DNA of 64,000 nt from Thalia democratica (Eukaryota), in NCBI GenBank assembly GCA_965202585.1, contig OZ241826.1:89528001-89592000 (forward strand). Reading direction: 5' to 3'. The notes under the pieces were generated by a model. That model worked only from the letters and a program-made list of their open reading frames with translations, was not told the origin of the DNA and ran no database searches. This document shows, one piece after another, positions 1 to 12,665 of this stretch (positions within the stretch are counted from its first letter, which is position 1; every line of letters begins with the position of its first letter). A program made the position numbers and the translations under genes.

Positions 1-3000
1 TCCCCTAAGACAATAAGGGGTTTGTGATTATGGGCGCTTTTCAATGCTAGTACTTCGTTCCATCCTCCTACAAAGTTATACAAGTTTAAATAAGTCAATA
101 AGTTGTAAGAGACATAATATAATATAAGCAGTTTTTAACTTATAAATATTGAAACCTCAATTTTATATTATAAAATTTTTCTAGGTTTTATAAATAGATA
201 CATTCTACTTTTGTAAGATTTTACATGCTAAAATGGTCTACAGAATAAAATCTTTAACATAAGATAAACGATTATATTCGAAATTTATCACCGAATAAGA
301 AAGATATAATTTGAATTTTTTACCTGTTTTTAATTTAACTAGAAACACACTACTTTTTAGGCTAGAGTAGTTCTTATTAAGTTCATATCTGCTATTTAAT
401 ATCGTACCACATCTACTTAACACAACTTTGAGGATTTAAACTAAATTATACAAGTTTTAAATGGTTTTTAAATGATAATTGAAGCTAATTTTTGTTAATA
501 ATATAATACTTTTTATTGCGTAAAAAATTACTCTTTTAGATTTGACTATTCTGATTTCAACAATTCCAATTATTTCAAATCAAAAAATTGAAGGATTAAT
601 AATACGAAATTGTCTAAAACTCTTATAAAACGTATATATTTAAACAATAGCTTTATGATTGTAAAAATCAATAATAAAGTATACTATGTAACAGCAATTT
701 AGTGTCTTTAAGTACTTTTAACTATATCTTGATAATAATGTGGAATTAAATAAATATATATACCATAAAGGATTTTTATTGTCGTAAATGTTACAAATAT
801 TAGAAAAAAGGTTCAAATGAGATAATATTGAAAAAAGAACATAAAGATAAAATTTACTAAAAGAGTTTAAATTATCGTTATTTTAATCGTAGTCCAGTGA
901 ACCCAAAATGCACCAAATTTATGTTTGTTTGCAAAACTCTTCTCTAATATAGACTCTTCTTATTTTAAGTATTATATATATATATAAACTTTAAGATTTT
1001 GCAGTTCTATCTTTTAAAAAGGTTCTTTTTAATGGTTAGATAAAACGTGCCTAGTCTTGACGAAGAAAGTTCAATGAATTATAAGTACTATATTTGCTGA
1101 AGTAGTTAAGTTTATAACGTATTCGTCAATACTATGCATTACAAATATCGGACACTATATCATTTAAAACTTAAAACTATTTAAGTTTTAAGCTATACAA
1201 CTTTGTCATCTTAAAATACATATTAAAAGTTGTTCACACTACAACATACGCACTTTCGCTTAGACATTCTTTGAAATTTTCTATCAGCTTGTCAAAGCTC
1301 GGCTGAAACTTCTTGAATCCATAGAAAAATGAGCTGAGAAAATGACGGAAGGTTTCTAAAACCTGGTGCTTGAACTCGAACTTGTTGTTGAAAAACCTTC
1401 GATAAAAATAGAAAAAATAAGTAACCAACAAATGGTATAACAGCAAAGTAGTCATTGGCTTAAGTATGCAATTTCAACCTAGTACAAAAGTGCGTAGGTA
1501 CGAAAGCGTACTAATATGGAAAATACCATAAGAGCTACCTTTTGAAGTCTTCGTCTTGTTTGGTGTCTGCATTGTTCCAAGGAAAACTGGAAATAAAACA
1601 GTAGGTTAAGAAATATTCTTATTAAAATTTTTTAAGATTAACTTAGTTTATGTTTTATATCAATTTTTTTCCTATAAAAGCGAATCCAATTTAAACTGTG
1701 ACAATTAAAATTCCGGCACATCAAGTTGATAATAAGTTATGAAGAGAAAACATCTTAAAAACTGTCCTAAATTTTAAAATTATAAAAATGAACCTAAAAG
1801 GCTAAATAAAGGTATATTAGTTTTTAATGAAAAACTGAAAAGTTAACATATTAAAACAGGCTTGAAGAATTACTAAAAATAATTAAGTTTTAGTATGCTC
1901 GAACACATATTTAACTAAATTATTTTTACTTTAATAAAAATGTTCGAGTTTCAACTATTAGAACCAAATTTGTCTTGCACCATTTAAAAGTTAATTATGA
2001 TTATATCTTCAGTTGTACTTTGCTAAAATAAACTTTAAGAGTTACCTAGGAAAAGCTAATACAACAATGATTCCGAAACTGAATAATAAAAATACTATGG
2101 TTAAGGTTGTTTAAAAATACTAAAAAAAAGATAACATATATTTTCCACTTGAATAAATATTAAGAAAGCTCAAACGCGTGTTTAAGAAAAAATGCCTATC
2201 TAAAGAGTGCGTATTCACCAAAACAATTACTGCAATTAATAAATTGTCAGGTTTATTTAAATGTTTCAATAAAACTTTTGAAGAAGACCTTTTGTAAGCA
2301 ATTTATTATCATAAATGTTTAGTTAACAAAATTTTAAATTTTAAACATTTAAAATGGCTTAAAAAATAAATACAATTAAAGAATTAGCGTTATATATATC
2401 GTAACATTTTTATATCAACAGTAAACACTGAAAACAATTATTTTTGTAAAATGGTCTGGTAATGCACTCATTTGCACAAAAAACTTACCAAGTTAGCTCG
2501 ATAAATTATAAAACTCACTTCATGTACAGGATGTAGTAAACGCAGATTCCGAGCGACCACATCCTCATGGCTTTCTTCATCCCGCCAGCTTTACCTTTTG
2601 ATAAAAACTCGGCTTCCGAATAACACCAGCTGTACCTAGTTGGTCTCTCACTTTCTTCAACATTTCCCATCTTCACCACCATCCTAGAAAAAAAAAATCA
2701 AGTTGAAAATGCGCTACTAATTAAACTATATAAACCATGTCATTCATTTCTCATTATTGAAATATGTGACTAGTGAGTTATGTAGCTAATCACTTTATGA
2801 TAGAAACTAAAATAACATTTAGAACCAATTTAAAAAAGTTTTTTGAGATGATTTTTTTTGCCGCACTGAATAACAAGCACAAACATGTTGTTTCGATCTA
2901 CGATCAGTCCTTCCACAATCGCTTGCTTATCCTTGTCCCCCGAACTTGCTTCGTGCTTCTTATGGTAATCTCTCACTTGTTCTATCACCTTCAGGATCCA

Positions 3001-3791
3001 ACACAGTTTTTGTTTTGCATCTGAGCGTTGAAGTGTAAATTTTAGATAATTTTAAAAATATCTTTTGTTTACCTAGTAAACCTCGTCAACACGTTTATAA
3101 ACGAATAGTTATGTCATTGTTTACAATTTATTAACTGCTTCATATATAAATGTAGCAGTAAAATAAACAAGGTCTAGCTAATATTTGATAATCAAACAAT
3201 TGGTAAACTAAAGTTTTCATAATTTATTTTCTAGAGATTGCAGAAAAACTTTGAAACAGTTTTGCAACAATTTCTGGTCTTTTATTTGTAAAACTATTTT
3301 TGGACTTAACTTTGAGTTGATTATAAAAATCTAACCAAATCTCCTAGCTATATAAAACGTCACAAAATTTTAAGAACAATCTACAGTTTTAAATTCAGTG
3401 TTTACTATTTCAACTTGGCAGCATAATAAGTGTTTATTTATAATTATAAAGTTTCTACACATTTAAGAAACTTACGTATCTATTTTAACTTCAAAATTTG
3501 TATTTTAAATGACAAAAATCTTTAATGTAGAGTACATACACTTCAAACAAAATACACCTCTTGAAACATATTTTTGACTTCACGAAATATAATTAAAAAC
3601 AGCAATAAAGCAAATGTACTTAATATTAAATAAAATCCTACTTAACTTACCTAATTAAAATTGTTTACATATTTTTTTGTTTCTTTGAAATAAATTATTT
3701 AAAAAATAAAACAATGTTCACCTGCAATTTTTAGGTGAGTGTTAATAGGCAACAGACCACCATTTATGTGATTAAAACGGTTAACTTCCAT
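1..3791 (-). CDS. Kinase-C-lobe (pseudokinase)/orphan-domain gene, copy 1; 3' end runs off the left edge of the window
   Basis: Phase-consistent GT-AG exons: 3791-3722, 3020-2885, 2683-2519, 1586-1539, 1396-1254, 67-<1. Product: MEVNRFNHINGGLLPINTHLKIADAKQKLCWILKVIEQVRDYH...IVEGLIVDRNNMMVVKMG...YSEAEFL...MWSLGICVYYILYMNFPWNNADTKQDEDFKRFF...QPSFDKLIENFKECLSERGWNEV. WSLGxxxYxxL...PW matches kinase subdomain IX/X. No HRD, DFG or APE. The same exons recur in the other two copies. Confidence 0.75.
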
Positions 3792-4632
3792 AATTAGCTC
3801 TTGTAAACTATCCTAATGTGTGTGCAAAATACTTTTAGTTTAGGGAGTTTTTAGCTAAATTTCTCTATACACAGAATGCTTTTTGTTTTAACTCATGTAT
3901 CATTAAATCAGAATTTTAATTAATTAATTTAAGTACTTGTTGTACTGTATTTATAATTTGTTTTTATTAGTTTCTGTTTAAACTTTGTTAAAACTGTGAA
4001 TAATTTACCACTGTTAGAATAAGTAGAGTGACAACATATTGAAAAACAAACCACTACTCTAAAGGGGAAGGTTAGTACTACATATTATTTTCTTTAAGAG
4101 TTTAATGGATAATACTGAATTAAGAAATTTAAAACGATTGTAATAAAAAAATAAAATTTGTTTAGAATGATATCCAATACTTTTTACAGGAAACATTACA
4201 TTTGTAGTTTTTATCATGTCTTATGTATTTTAACATTTTAAATAAAAAAAAGCCGATAGTAAATAAAAATTATTAGTTTTCCTCTAATAGCCGTAATAAG
4301 TCGCTTTTACAGAGATACAGGTATAATCTTTAATGTAACCAAAAAAAAAGCAACTAGTAAATTTAAACTAGTTTCATTAAAATCTCTTTTCTTAAAATGC
4401 GATAGAATAAGTGAATGAAAAATTCTAGCTTTTAGCAAAATATGTAATGTTAACTTCTGAAGTTAAAAAAAAAGTGAGCTTTTTATGAAAACTCAATGTT
4501 AAACAAAACTAAACAATCTAGTTTTAAAAACTCAAACAAAAACAAATAAAGTTTAAGGTTAAAAGTATTATAGGCACTTGATGGGATATAAAATTCAAGC
4601 TAACTGTGCTTTTTGTAACTAATTTGAAACGA

Positions 4633-4635
<3 letters not shown>

Positions 4636-4663
<28 letters not shown>
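4636..4663. repeat. (TA)n microsatellite
   Basis: About 14 TA units. A shorter copy lies at ~29803-29822 in the duplicated block. Confidence 0.9.
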
Positions 4664-7398
4664 AGCTTCAAGAAAAAATACACTAAAAGTACAATCAAAG
4701 CAAAATAAATGTAATAGTTTTATATGCTAAAATTATGAATGTAAGTTAACTTATACTTAATCTAAAGTTAAGCAAAATTAAATTACAAAAATATGAAAAT
4801 TCCATTAATTTTATTTAATAGTTTGTCTTGACCAATTTCAACATCCTTCAACTACACAATGATTTCAAACAAGCCTTTATAATAGTATAACATGTTGCAT
4901 CAGCCAACTGTTTGTAATTAAATTTAAGAAGTTTATTGTTGTAGGTATTAGTTAGTGGAATTAATTCATCATAATTTTTAGCAGCATTATCATATAAGTA
5001 GTAAAAATGTAATCTTAATAAGAATAATCTCAAATTAAATTTTCACTGTTTAAACTTATTGTTTTATTAAAAAGTGACATTTGTAAGTTAACTTTATAAG
5101 TTTAAATTAATTACAAAAGTTTATATTAGAAGATAAAGTATTGTAATTGATTAAATTTTCTAAGGTTCACTTTATTTAATAGTAATTACTTTTTCAGAGA
5201 TTTATAAAGTTAAAAGTCGTTGGTAAATAGGCATAAAAGTTTAAAGGTTTTACTTTTTCAGTAAATTTTAGTAAAACTATCATTAAAAAACAAATTTAAA
5301 CAAGAGTCTTTAAAAGTTCTAAAGTTATTTTTGGTAATTGTTAGTTTTAAAAGTAATTTTAAAACCTATTCGCCAAAGATTATTACTTTACTAAAATCAC
5401 TTTTCATTTACTAATAACTGTTAGCAACTTTTATAAACTAAAATTTCATCTAAGAAAATTATAAGTAGTTTAACAACAAAAAAATAGAGTAAACAGCTAA
5501 ATAACGATGTTAAATTTCCCAGTAGACGTTGACACAATAAAAAATTTACCAAAACTTTTCAGTTTAAATTATTCTAATTGAGACTAAAGCTTTTGAATAA
5601 AACAAGTTTAAATAAAAAATGTTTTTTAACTTTTAAAAGCTTTAAAGTATTATCAAAATAAGAAATCTATAATAAGTCAAAAATGATTGTACAAACAGTT
5701 AGCTCATTAAGTTCTGTACTAAATTTCAGCAACATTGCTATTATTAATGTAAAGTAAAATCATTTAGTATAATTCTTAACCTTGAATTTCAATAAAATGC
5801 CTTGAAATATTAACCTTAAACTTTAATAAGTTATAATTTGGTCTCATGTTTCAAAATGAACTGACAATAGATTTACAAAAAGTCTGTTGTTTGTTAGGCT
5901 TATATTTTAAAGATTACAAAATTTTCAAATAGTTTTATACTTAAAAAATTAATTATCAATAAAAAGGTTAAAAAGTCATCAAAAAATAAACAACTGAATA
6001 CTTTATTTTTAACTAAAATATAATAATTGATATAAAGTTTTTATTGCCATGATATTTTTTATTCAGTTATATTAGAAAAGCTAACTGATTTAGTTGTATC
6101 TATTTAAATCTCTAAAGCTTTGTTTTAGACATTTAAGGTTATAAAGTTTTTTTAGCAATAAAGGCAAAAAAAAACAGAAAGGTTTTTATTTTATTTCTGA
6201 GTTGTACAAATCGAATGTACATATTTAACTGTTTTAATCTGAAACTGATATTTAAAAATGAAGACAAAATATAGGTATACAAATTAAAATGAATGTTTTA
6301 AACTAAACAAAAAAGAGTTATGTCAAAAACTCACTTCTAAAATTTTTTATTTTAGTCAATAACCAGGTATCAACAATAAACATATTAACAAAACAAATCT
6401 GTAGTTCAAGTTTTACTAGTTACCAATTTAAGTAAACTTATAAAATTTAAAAGCAGAAACAAATGTTCAGTTGTTAAGCTGGTTTCTTATATAATTGAAT
6501 AATGTACACAAAAGATAATATATTTTTACCTTGTAAAACTAAAGCAACCATTTTTATACCAAAAAAGTTAAAAAAAAATATGTCAAAAATGTTATTTACT
6601 AATTAATACGTTTGTGTATTGAACTGTTAGAATTGTTTGTATAACGCTAAAAATACATAGTAACTCAAACTCGTTCACTAACCGGTTTAAATTGTCTAAT
6701 TGAAAAAGCTCTGGGTTGAATTTTCTATAAGAGTAAGTTTTTTATTTGTTTGAAAAGATAGTTTTACTATTGTTAAATTGACTTTATCAAAATAATTATT
6801 AAGAATAATGCAAAGAATAACAATTAAAAACAGTCAAAGTAAAGTTAGAAAAAAAAAATAATTCAAGCTTTATCTATTTTGTTAATTAAAGTATTTATTC
6901 AATGGTTCAAAAACACAAAAAGAAAAGCAATTAAAACTGGAATATCTGTTATTAAACTATTTTTTAATCTGATAAGTCTTAACAACTTGTATCTAATAAA
7001 GTTTACCTGGTTTAGACTGTTTGTAGAAATGAAATATTGTTATAGTTCGAACTTTTATCTTAAAATATCACCTTAATTTTTGAATATTCACTACAACAGC
7101 ATACTTTAGATTAGAGGTCTTCAAGGTGTAAGAAGACTTTATGGTGTCGAAGTTTATTTTGAAACTTACACCAGACATTCTGGAGTTTATGATGAAATTC
7201 GAAAAAGAAGGTCTCTGGATGGTTTTTGAGTAGGTTTGAGCTTGGGGTTTACTAAACTCTTTCGTTCCAGTTCAGTTTGCACAAATTTGAATAACTGCGA
7301 ATATCGTCACTTCAGATAACTAAAATCAACGCTTAATACATACAAAGTTGATAGAGCTTGTGCCAGTTGATTTTTTAAAATAAAAATTTAGTAAATGT

Positions 7399-7564
7399 TA
7401 GTAATCTACCAGATCAACAAGTTAGGATCTGGGATGCGGATCTAGATGTTTATTTTAGGATAAGGATCAATTTTATAAGTCGAGAACCGGCCGGATCCAA
7501 ATCTTATTTTTCAACTAGAAACCGGCCGGATACGAGCTCAGATTTTGGTTCTGATGAATCATTA
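7399..7564. mobile_element. Degenerate short relative of the CCGGATCCGG-repeat hAT-like MITE
   Basis: Ends tagtaatctaccagatc / gatgaatcatta resemble the TIRs of 37255-38092, and it carries aaccggccggatc motifs. Present in both arms (mirror ~59760-59925), so it predates the inversion. No clean TSD. Confidence 0.45.
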
Positions 7565-7756
7565 CTTAGAACTGTTGCAATTCAAACTTAATTAGCATTA
7601 AGTGATTAAATCCAAAGAGTTATTATACGTATAAAACAAATTAGTTTAGTAAATTTTAAAAAGTTATGAAAAATTTTCAAAAATTTAAACTTTTAGAGTT
7701 TCAATTGTACGAACTAAAGTAGTAGTGCACTCAAGCTATTTCGCACTAAATTTATT

Positions 7757-8181
7757 GGTTACATGACAATTCAAATTCGGACAACTCAAATTCCGACAAT
7801 TCAAACTCTTAAAAAGTTATTTAGGTAACTATATCTCAATAAGTAATACCAATTTGAAAAAAAATAAAATATACATATGTAGATCTTATTAATATCTACA
7901 AGCCACTTTTTTATTTTTTGCTAAATGTAAAAATTTTTCAAGATATTTTAAAATTACTAAAAATAACTATACTTTTTAATTTATTTAAGCCATATTTAAA
8001 AAAACATTTAATGTTTTGCAAAAAGAAAAAAAGGGTTTGTAGATATTAATATGACCTACATATTTGTTTTTTATATTTGACAGATATACATTACTTTTTT
8101 ATTTGTGGCCGTTTCATTTTTTTTTTTAAGAATTTGAATTGTCGGAATTTGAATTGTCCGAATTTGAATAGTCGTGCACCC
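7757..8181. mobile_element. Mutator-like (MULE) MITE
   Basis: ~60-bp TIRs (GGTTACATGACAATTCAAATTCGGAC... / ...GTCCGAATTTGAATAGTCGTGCACCC). 9-bp TSD AAATTTATT at 7748-7756 and 8182-8190. The other arm has the empty site (single aaattcatt, ~59560). Confidence 0.9.
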
Positions 8182-9227
8182 AAATTTATTTACCTAACCA
8201 TAAAGTAACTCTTATCTTTATCATAAATTTAACCTTTTTTACTAATGGTAAACAAATCTACTGTTTTAAAAGCTCAGAATTAGCAATGGTACGGTTTCAA
8301 ATCTTTGATAGTATTTTTATAGTTTTATAATGATAGTTTTGTTATTGTTTTAATTCTACTAGTTAATAGGTTTTATTTAACTTTTAGCACTTAAGAGCTC
8401 TTTGAGCAGAAATTTGTTTGCCGTACTCAAAAAGACCAAAATAATATTATTATTCATGAAAGCACTTAAGTTCTGTAACATTTTTAAGTTAAAAAAAGCT
8501 TAATACTATAATATTTATGAGTATACAAATATTAGTGGATCTTATACTTTTTGACAAAAAGCTCGGCATATAAAGTATTAAAGCTATAGCTAACTTACTA
8601 GCATATAACTAATTGCTAATTTTTCTGTTAAATCTCAATTGAAATGCGGCCACCAGAACAAGTGAAAAGAAATTGTAAGAAAGTTTTCTCAATAAAATTA
8701 TTTAAGTGATTAATTTACAATTTATTGTTTCATATTTACCATTCAGGTAAATTAAATACGCGGATAAATGTAGTAAACCTTTGCAATAAAAGGTCAACTA
8801 CTAATCCTGAAAAATTACTAACAGCTTATTTATTTGAGCGTGATCGTTATGTTACAGTTCTTCTTATGTAATTGTGTTATATAAGTTAAGTATAGCAACT
8901 TACTCACTTTTAGACGTTTTGTTTGAAAATTTTAAAACCTGCTAGATCAGGTTCCCTAGTACAAAAAAAAATGAATACATAACAATAATACATAACCCAA
9001 CGTTTTATTTAAATTTTATTAGAGAAAAAAAAACAAAGCCGAGTAATTTTTTTTTTAATTGATTTAATAAATAAAATGAAAAAGCAAGTAAAAAATTTAT
9101 TACCAAATTTGTATACGTTTTTCAGCTCATTAAGCATATTTAGTTCACTCAAACTAAAAAATAATTCTATACGCTAAACTAAGTTATAGTTAATTTTCGT
9201 CTAAACAGCTTTATACAAATTTTAATG

Positions 9228-11230
9228 TTAGAAGTGAGGTAGTTTGACACCGCAATAATACATGGTTTTTCTTAAAGTTTCGCATTCAATTTGAGACCAT
9301 TCGTTAGTCTCAACATCAAAATAAAAAAGAAGATCCCAACCGACACCAAACATTACCAGCTTGCCGCCGATGGAAAAAATTTCGGCAGGTTCACTCAAAA
9401 CTAGGTTGCGACCGCCGTATCGACTGTGATCGGGCAAAACCACCGTGAACCTGTTGCAGGTCGAGTCGAAAACTTCGTACCATTCCAAGAAGCCGCCTAC
9501 GACGAAGAGCTTGTCCTTCATCGCCACCGACTTGTGCTGAAACCTGCTTTCAACCATGTCGGGCATTCTCGTCCACGCGTCGGCCACGTGATCGTACGCC
9601 TCCACCGACTTCAGCGATCCCGACCACGGGCCTCCCCCTTCCACCACTCGGCTCTTCCCTCCCGTCGCCACGATTCTTCCTTGGAACACGGCGCAGTCAA
9701 AGTTGAACCGCGCCTCGTTCATCCTCGCAACTAGCTCCCAAGCAGCGCATTTCGCGCTGAACTTGGCGCAGGAATTGGTTGCTGTGCGGCGGATGCAACC
9801 GCCGACAGCGTAAACGTTGCCGACGAAGGAGCAGGCGCTGAACGTCTTGCGGTCGTCGTGCATGTTCGTCACAACCTGCCAGTTGTTCGTCACGCGCGAG
9901 TACTTGTACACGCCTCGTTCCACTCGATCGAGCACGTAAACCTCATCCTTGACGCAAACCGCGCTGCCAAACACCAGGCCCGTTATCATCGGGGGCAGGG
10001 TCTTCATGTTTTCGCAGTCGCTCGCGTTCACGGTGAAAGTGTCGGTGACGAGCTTGCTGCCGCGCTTGCCTCCGCAAAACATCAACTCGAAAGCGTTTTG
10101 AGTGCAGTACCTAATGTTGGCATTTGCCGACACCCGATCTTTCTTGTCGTCCAAAACTCCCCTGACGACGCCGGCACAACCTTCAACCAGAGGCGATTTT
10201 TCTTTCAAAACGTAATTCAATGCGTGATCTGACAGCAAGTGGAGGCGAACGCTCGACAGGAGGCGCCTTGCGTGCTTGCTGCGCTCTGCGACGTTGTGGA
10301 GCAGCCAATAGTTGGCCGCGTGGAACACTTCCATTTCCGAATCGATGTTCAGCTCGTCGCTTGAAAGTATTGTTATGACGTGCTTGAAGTCCAGTTCTAA
10401 AAAGTCGCGTGAGTCCGCGACGGTTTGGAAGCAGCGTTCGGCGAACAAAAGTGACTTTTCGCACAAATTTTCGTACAACTTTGAGTTTTTAAAAAGCACC
10501 GACGTGTAACTTAAAGGAGCCACGCAGTTGACTTTGATGTTGTTTTCTATACTTCTGTAGATTGCTTTTTCTATGTCTTTGTTCAAATAAACATTGTTTG
10601 CCTTCACAACTGAGAAAACATTGTCTTTTTGAGTTTGCAATGACTCTAAAAGTGATTTTTAGTTTTTTGGTTATTATAACAGTTAATCATACAACAGAAA
10701 AAAGACTAAAAAAAATAAAATTCAAGCTTTAAAAAACTGTTATAATAACAGTTTGAATTTTTTTACGACCCTAGAGTATTGAAAAACGTTTAAGATTTGA
10801 GTAGTTATAATAACATAACTAATAACTCTTTAAAAATATTATAAAACGGACTTGTTTAAAATTTCTTTAAACAAAAGTCGTTTTTTATTAAATAGGTTCT
10901 CGGTAATACTTATCATACTTTTAGTTTAAAAACAAAAAACTATTATTTCGTAAAACATTTACTAAAATAAATTTTTGTTTTTTTTAGTATGATTGGTCAA
11001 TATTTATTTTTATGCAGTCTATAGCTTTAACAGTTTATTTTGTACTTTTTATTATCACGTCATATACCAATTATTTTTAAACAGAATAGATTATTTTATG
11101 AAGAAAAAATAGTTATTTAATTTTTTGAAAAGTAAAAAAAAATTTAATCAAAAATAAATTTATTCTCACCTGCACTTGGAATATAAGCGCGCTTTCCAAT
11201 GTTTACTTTGCATAAGTTTAGAAATTCCAT
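9228..11230 (-). CDS. BACK + Kelch-repeat protein (KLHL-like, little or no BTB), copy 1; exons 11230-11170 and 10645-9228; ~491 aa
   Basis: Exon 1 MEFLNLCKVNIGKRAYIPSA ends G|gtgaga and joins tttag|AG TCA TTG (phase 1). BACK motif FAERCFQTVADSRDFLEL...ILSSDELNIDSEMEVFHAANYW...VRLHLL. Kelch motifs VYAVGG, IVATGG...SVEAYD...W..MPDM, LFVVGG. Confidence 0.9.
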
Positions 11231-11684
11231 TTCACTCTTTTTGCTGCACTCACCCGAGGACGTAAGTTTATATTTTAATATTGTAAGCCTAATCAAAGTT
11301 AAACTTCACTTAGAATTAATGATATTTTAAGGTATATTTACTACTTCTAAAAACTAGGAATGACGTTTAGTGGTTATGTTTTATATAAAGGACACATCAA
11401 ACATTTAAAATAAAGAACATCACACTTTAAAAAACAATTTAGTTGTAATCAAAACTTTTACACAACAATTAAATTTGAAGAATTTATTATAAGTACTTTA
11501 AATTTAAACGATAGATTAACAACCTGGTGTTTAAGTAAATACAAGTTTTAAGAAATAAACAGTAGTTTAAAAAGAACTTTACAATCAACAACAAACAACA
11601 TATTAACAAAAAACGTCAGTTCTGGAACTACATGTGGAACGTCTTGACTAGATTATCACTGCAATCACACTGTGGCTGGTTTTT

Positions 11685-12665
11685 CATGGTTGCTACTGAT
11701 CAAGCTGAGAAAAATTTCCTGACTTTTCCTGACTTTTTACCAAAATTTTCCTGACTTTTCTCAATCAGTTTTACTTATATTAATTGTTCACTTAGTTTAA
11801 TAAAATATTACCCAAACTATTTAATATCAAATCCTTAAATTAAAAATCAATTAAAAAAGAATATACTTAAGTAACTGTATAAAAAGGACATAAAAAAGTA
11901 AACTATATATATGTTGTATAAAATATTTCCTCTTATCATTTAGTATAAAACTTGTAACAAATAAATATACTCTTATTTAGTTTAAAAACTTAAGTTACTC
12001 TACAAAAAATACAAATAATAAGTAATCTTGGCATATACCTCTCTTATAACTTATCTTATAAAGTTAAACAACTTAGAAAAAATTATATAGAGGTAAAGTA
12101 TACACATTAACTTCATAAAATATTAAACTAACTGCTTAGTTATAAGAACTTAATTATTTAAACAAAAACCACTTTGATTCTAAAATTATGCTAGATAAAC
12201 TTTTGTGTATATATCACAGTTTCACTATGGAAGTGTCCTTACTACAGATCCTCAATACTAAAAAGCTTACAAAATCTGCTTGTTTAGGTAGGGTACTTGA
12301 TCAATATGTTAATAGAAAAATTTTGCAGTTTTATAAAGTATATTTTACTAATTTAAACCAGGTGAAGGCATCGGAAAAAAAATTAAAAATTTTTGTAAAT
12401 TTCTAGGGAAATTTCGGAAATTTTTTCTGACTTTATAGGATTTTAATTAATTTTTACCATTTGAAGGTATTGGAAAACAAGGAATTTTGTAAATTTAAAC
12501 TGACAAAATCTGACTTTTTTTAATTTTATCAAATTTCCTGACTTTTCCTGACTTTTTTTTAAAACTCCCCATTTTTTCCTGACTTTTCCTGACTTTTGTC
12601 ATTTTTAAAAATTTTTCCTGACTTTTCCTGATTTCCTGACTTTTCCTGACCGAGTGGCAACCCTG
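11685..12665. mobile_element. hAT-like non-autonomous element with TTTTCCTGAC subterminal repeats
   Basis: The right end is ...GAGTGGCAACCCTG; the left end CATGGTTGCTA is a degenerate inverse. There are many same-orientation cctgactttt repeats near both ends. It is absent from the other arm, whose empty site reads tgtggctg-gtttatac-agc. The 8-bp target GTTTATAC is intact on the right and decayed on the left. Confidence 0.75.

Larger units (their letters stand above)
1..5401. repeat. Segmental duplication block B, direct copy of 25156-30562
   Basis: Colinear at an offset of ~25,155-25,161. Identity is patchy by eye: high at 1-1500 and 4500-5400, much lower at ~1600-2450. Confidence 0.95.

Noticed and set aside
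4848-5033. 61-aa minus-strand ORF as a further upstream exon of the pseudokinase gene
   Set aside because: It ends in a stop, has no phase-compatible donor I could justify, and has no counterpart upstream of copy 3.
7090-7370. GC-elevated island with exon-like frames (IRGLQGVRRLYGVEVYFETY... on plus; RYSQLFKFVQTELERK... on minus); mirror at ~59960-60240
   Set aside because: The two arms differ by frameshifting indels and the frames are blocked by stops, so no consistent spliced model could be built.
9426-10509. Overlapping ORFs on the opposite strand or in alternate frames within Kelch copy 1 (and 57235-58318 in copy 2)
   Set aside because: These are shadow ORFs caused by high GC3. Their starts and stops differ between the two copies and they contain no recognisable motifs.
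11170-11230. Resemblance between Kelch exon 1 (MEFLN...PSA G|gtga) and pseudokinase exon 1 (MEVNR...KIA G|gtga)
   Set aside because: The similarity is limited to ME..N and the splice-site consensus, too little to support a shared exon.
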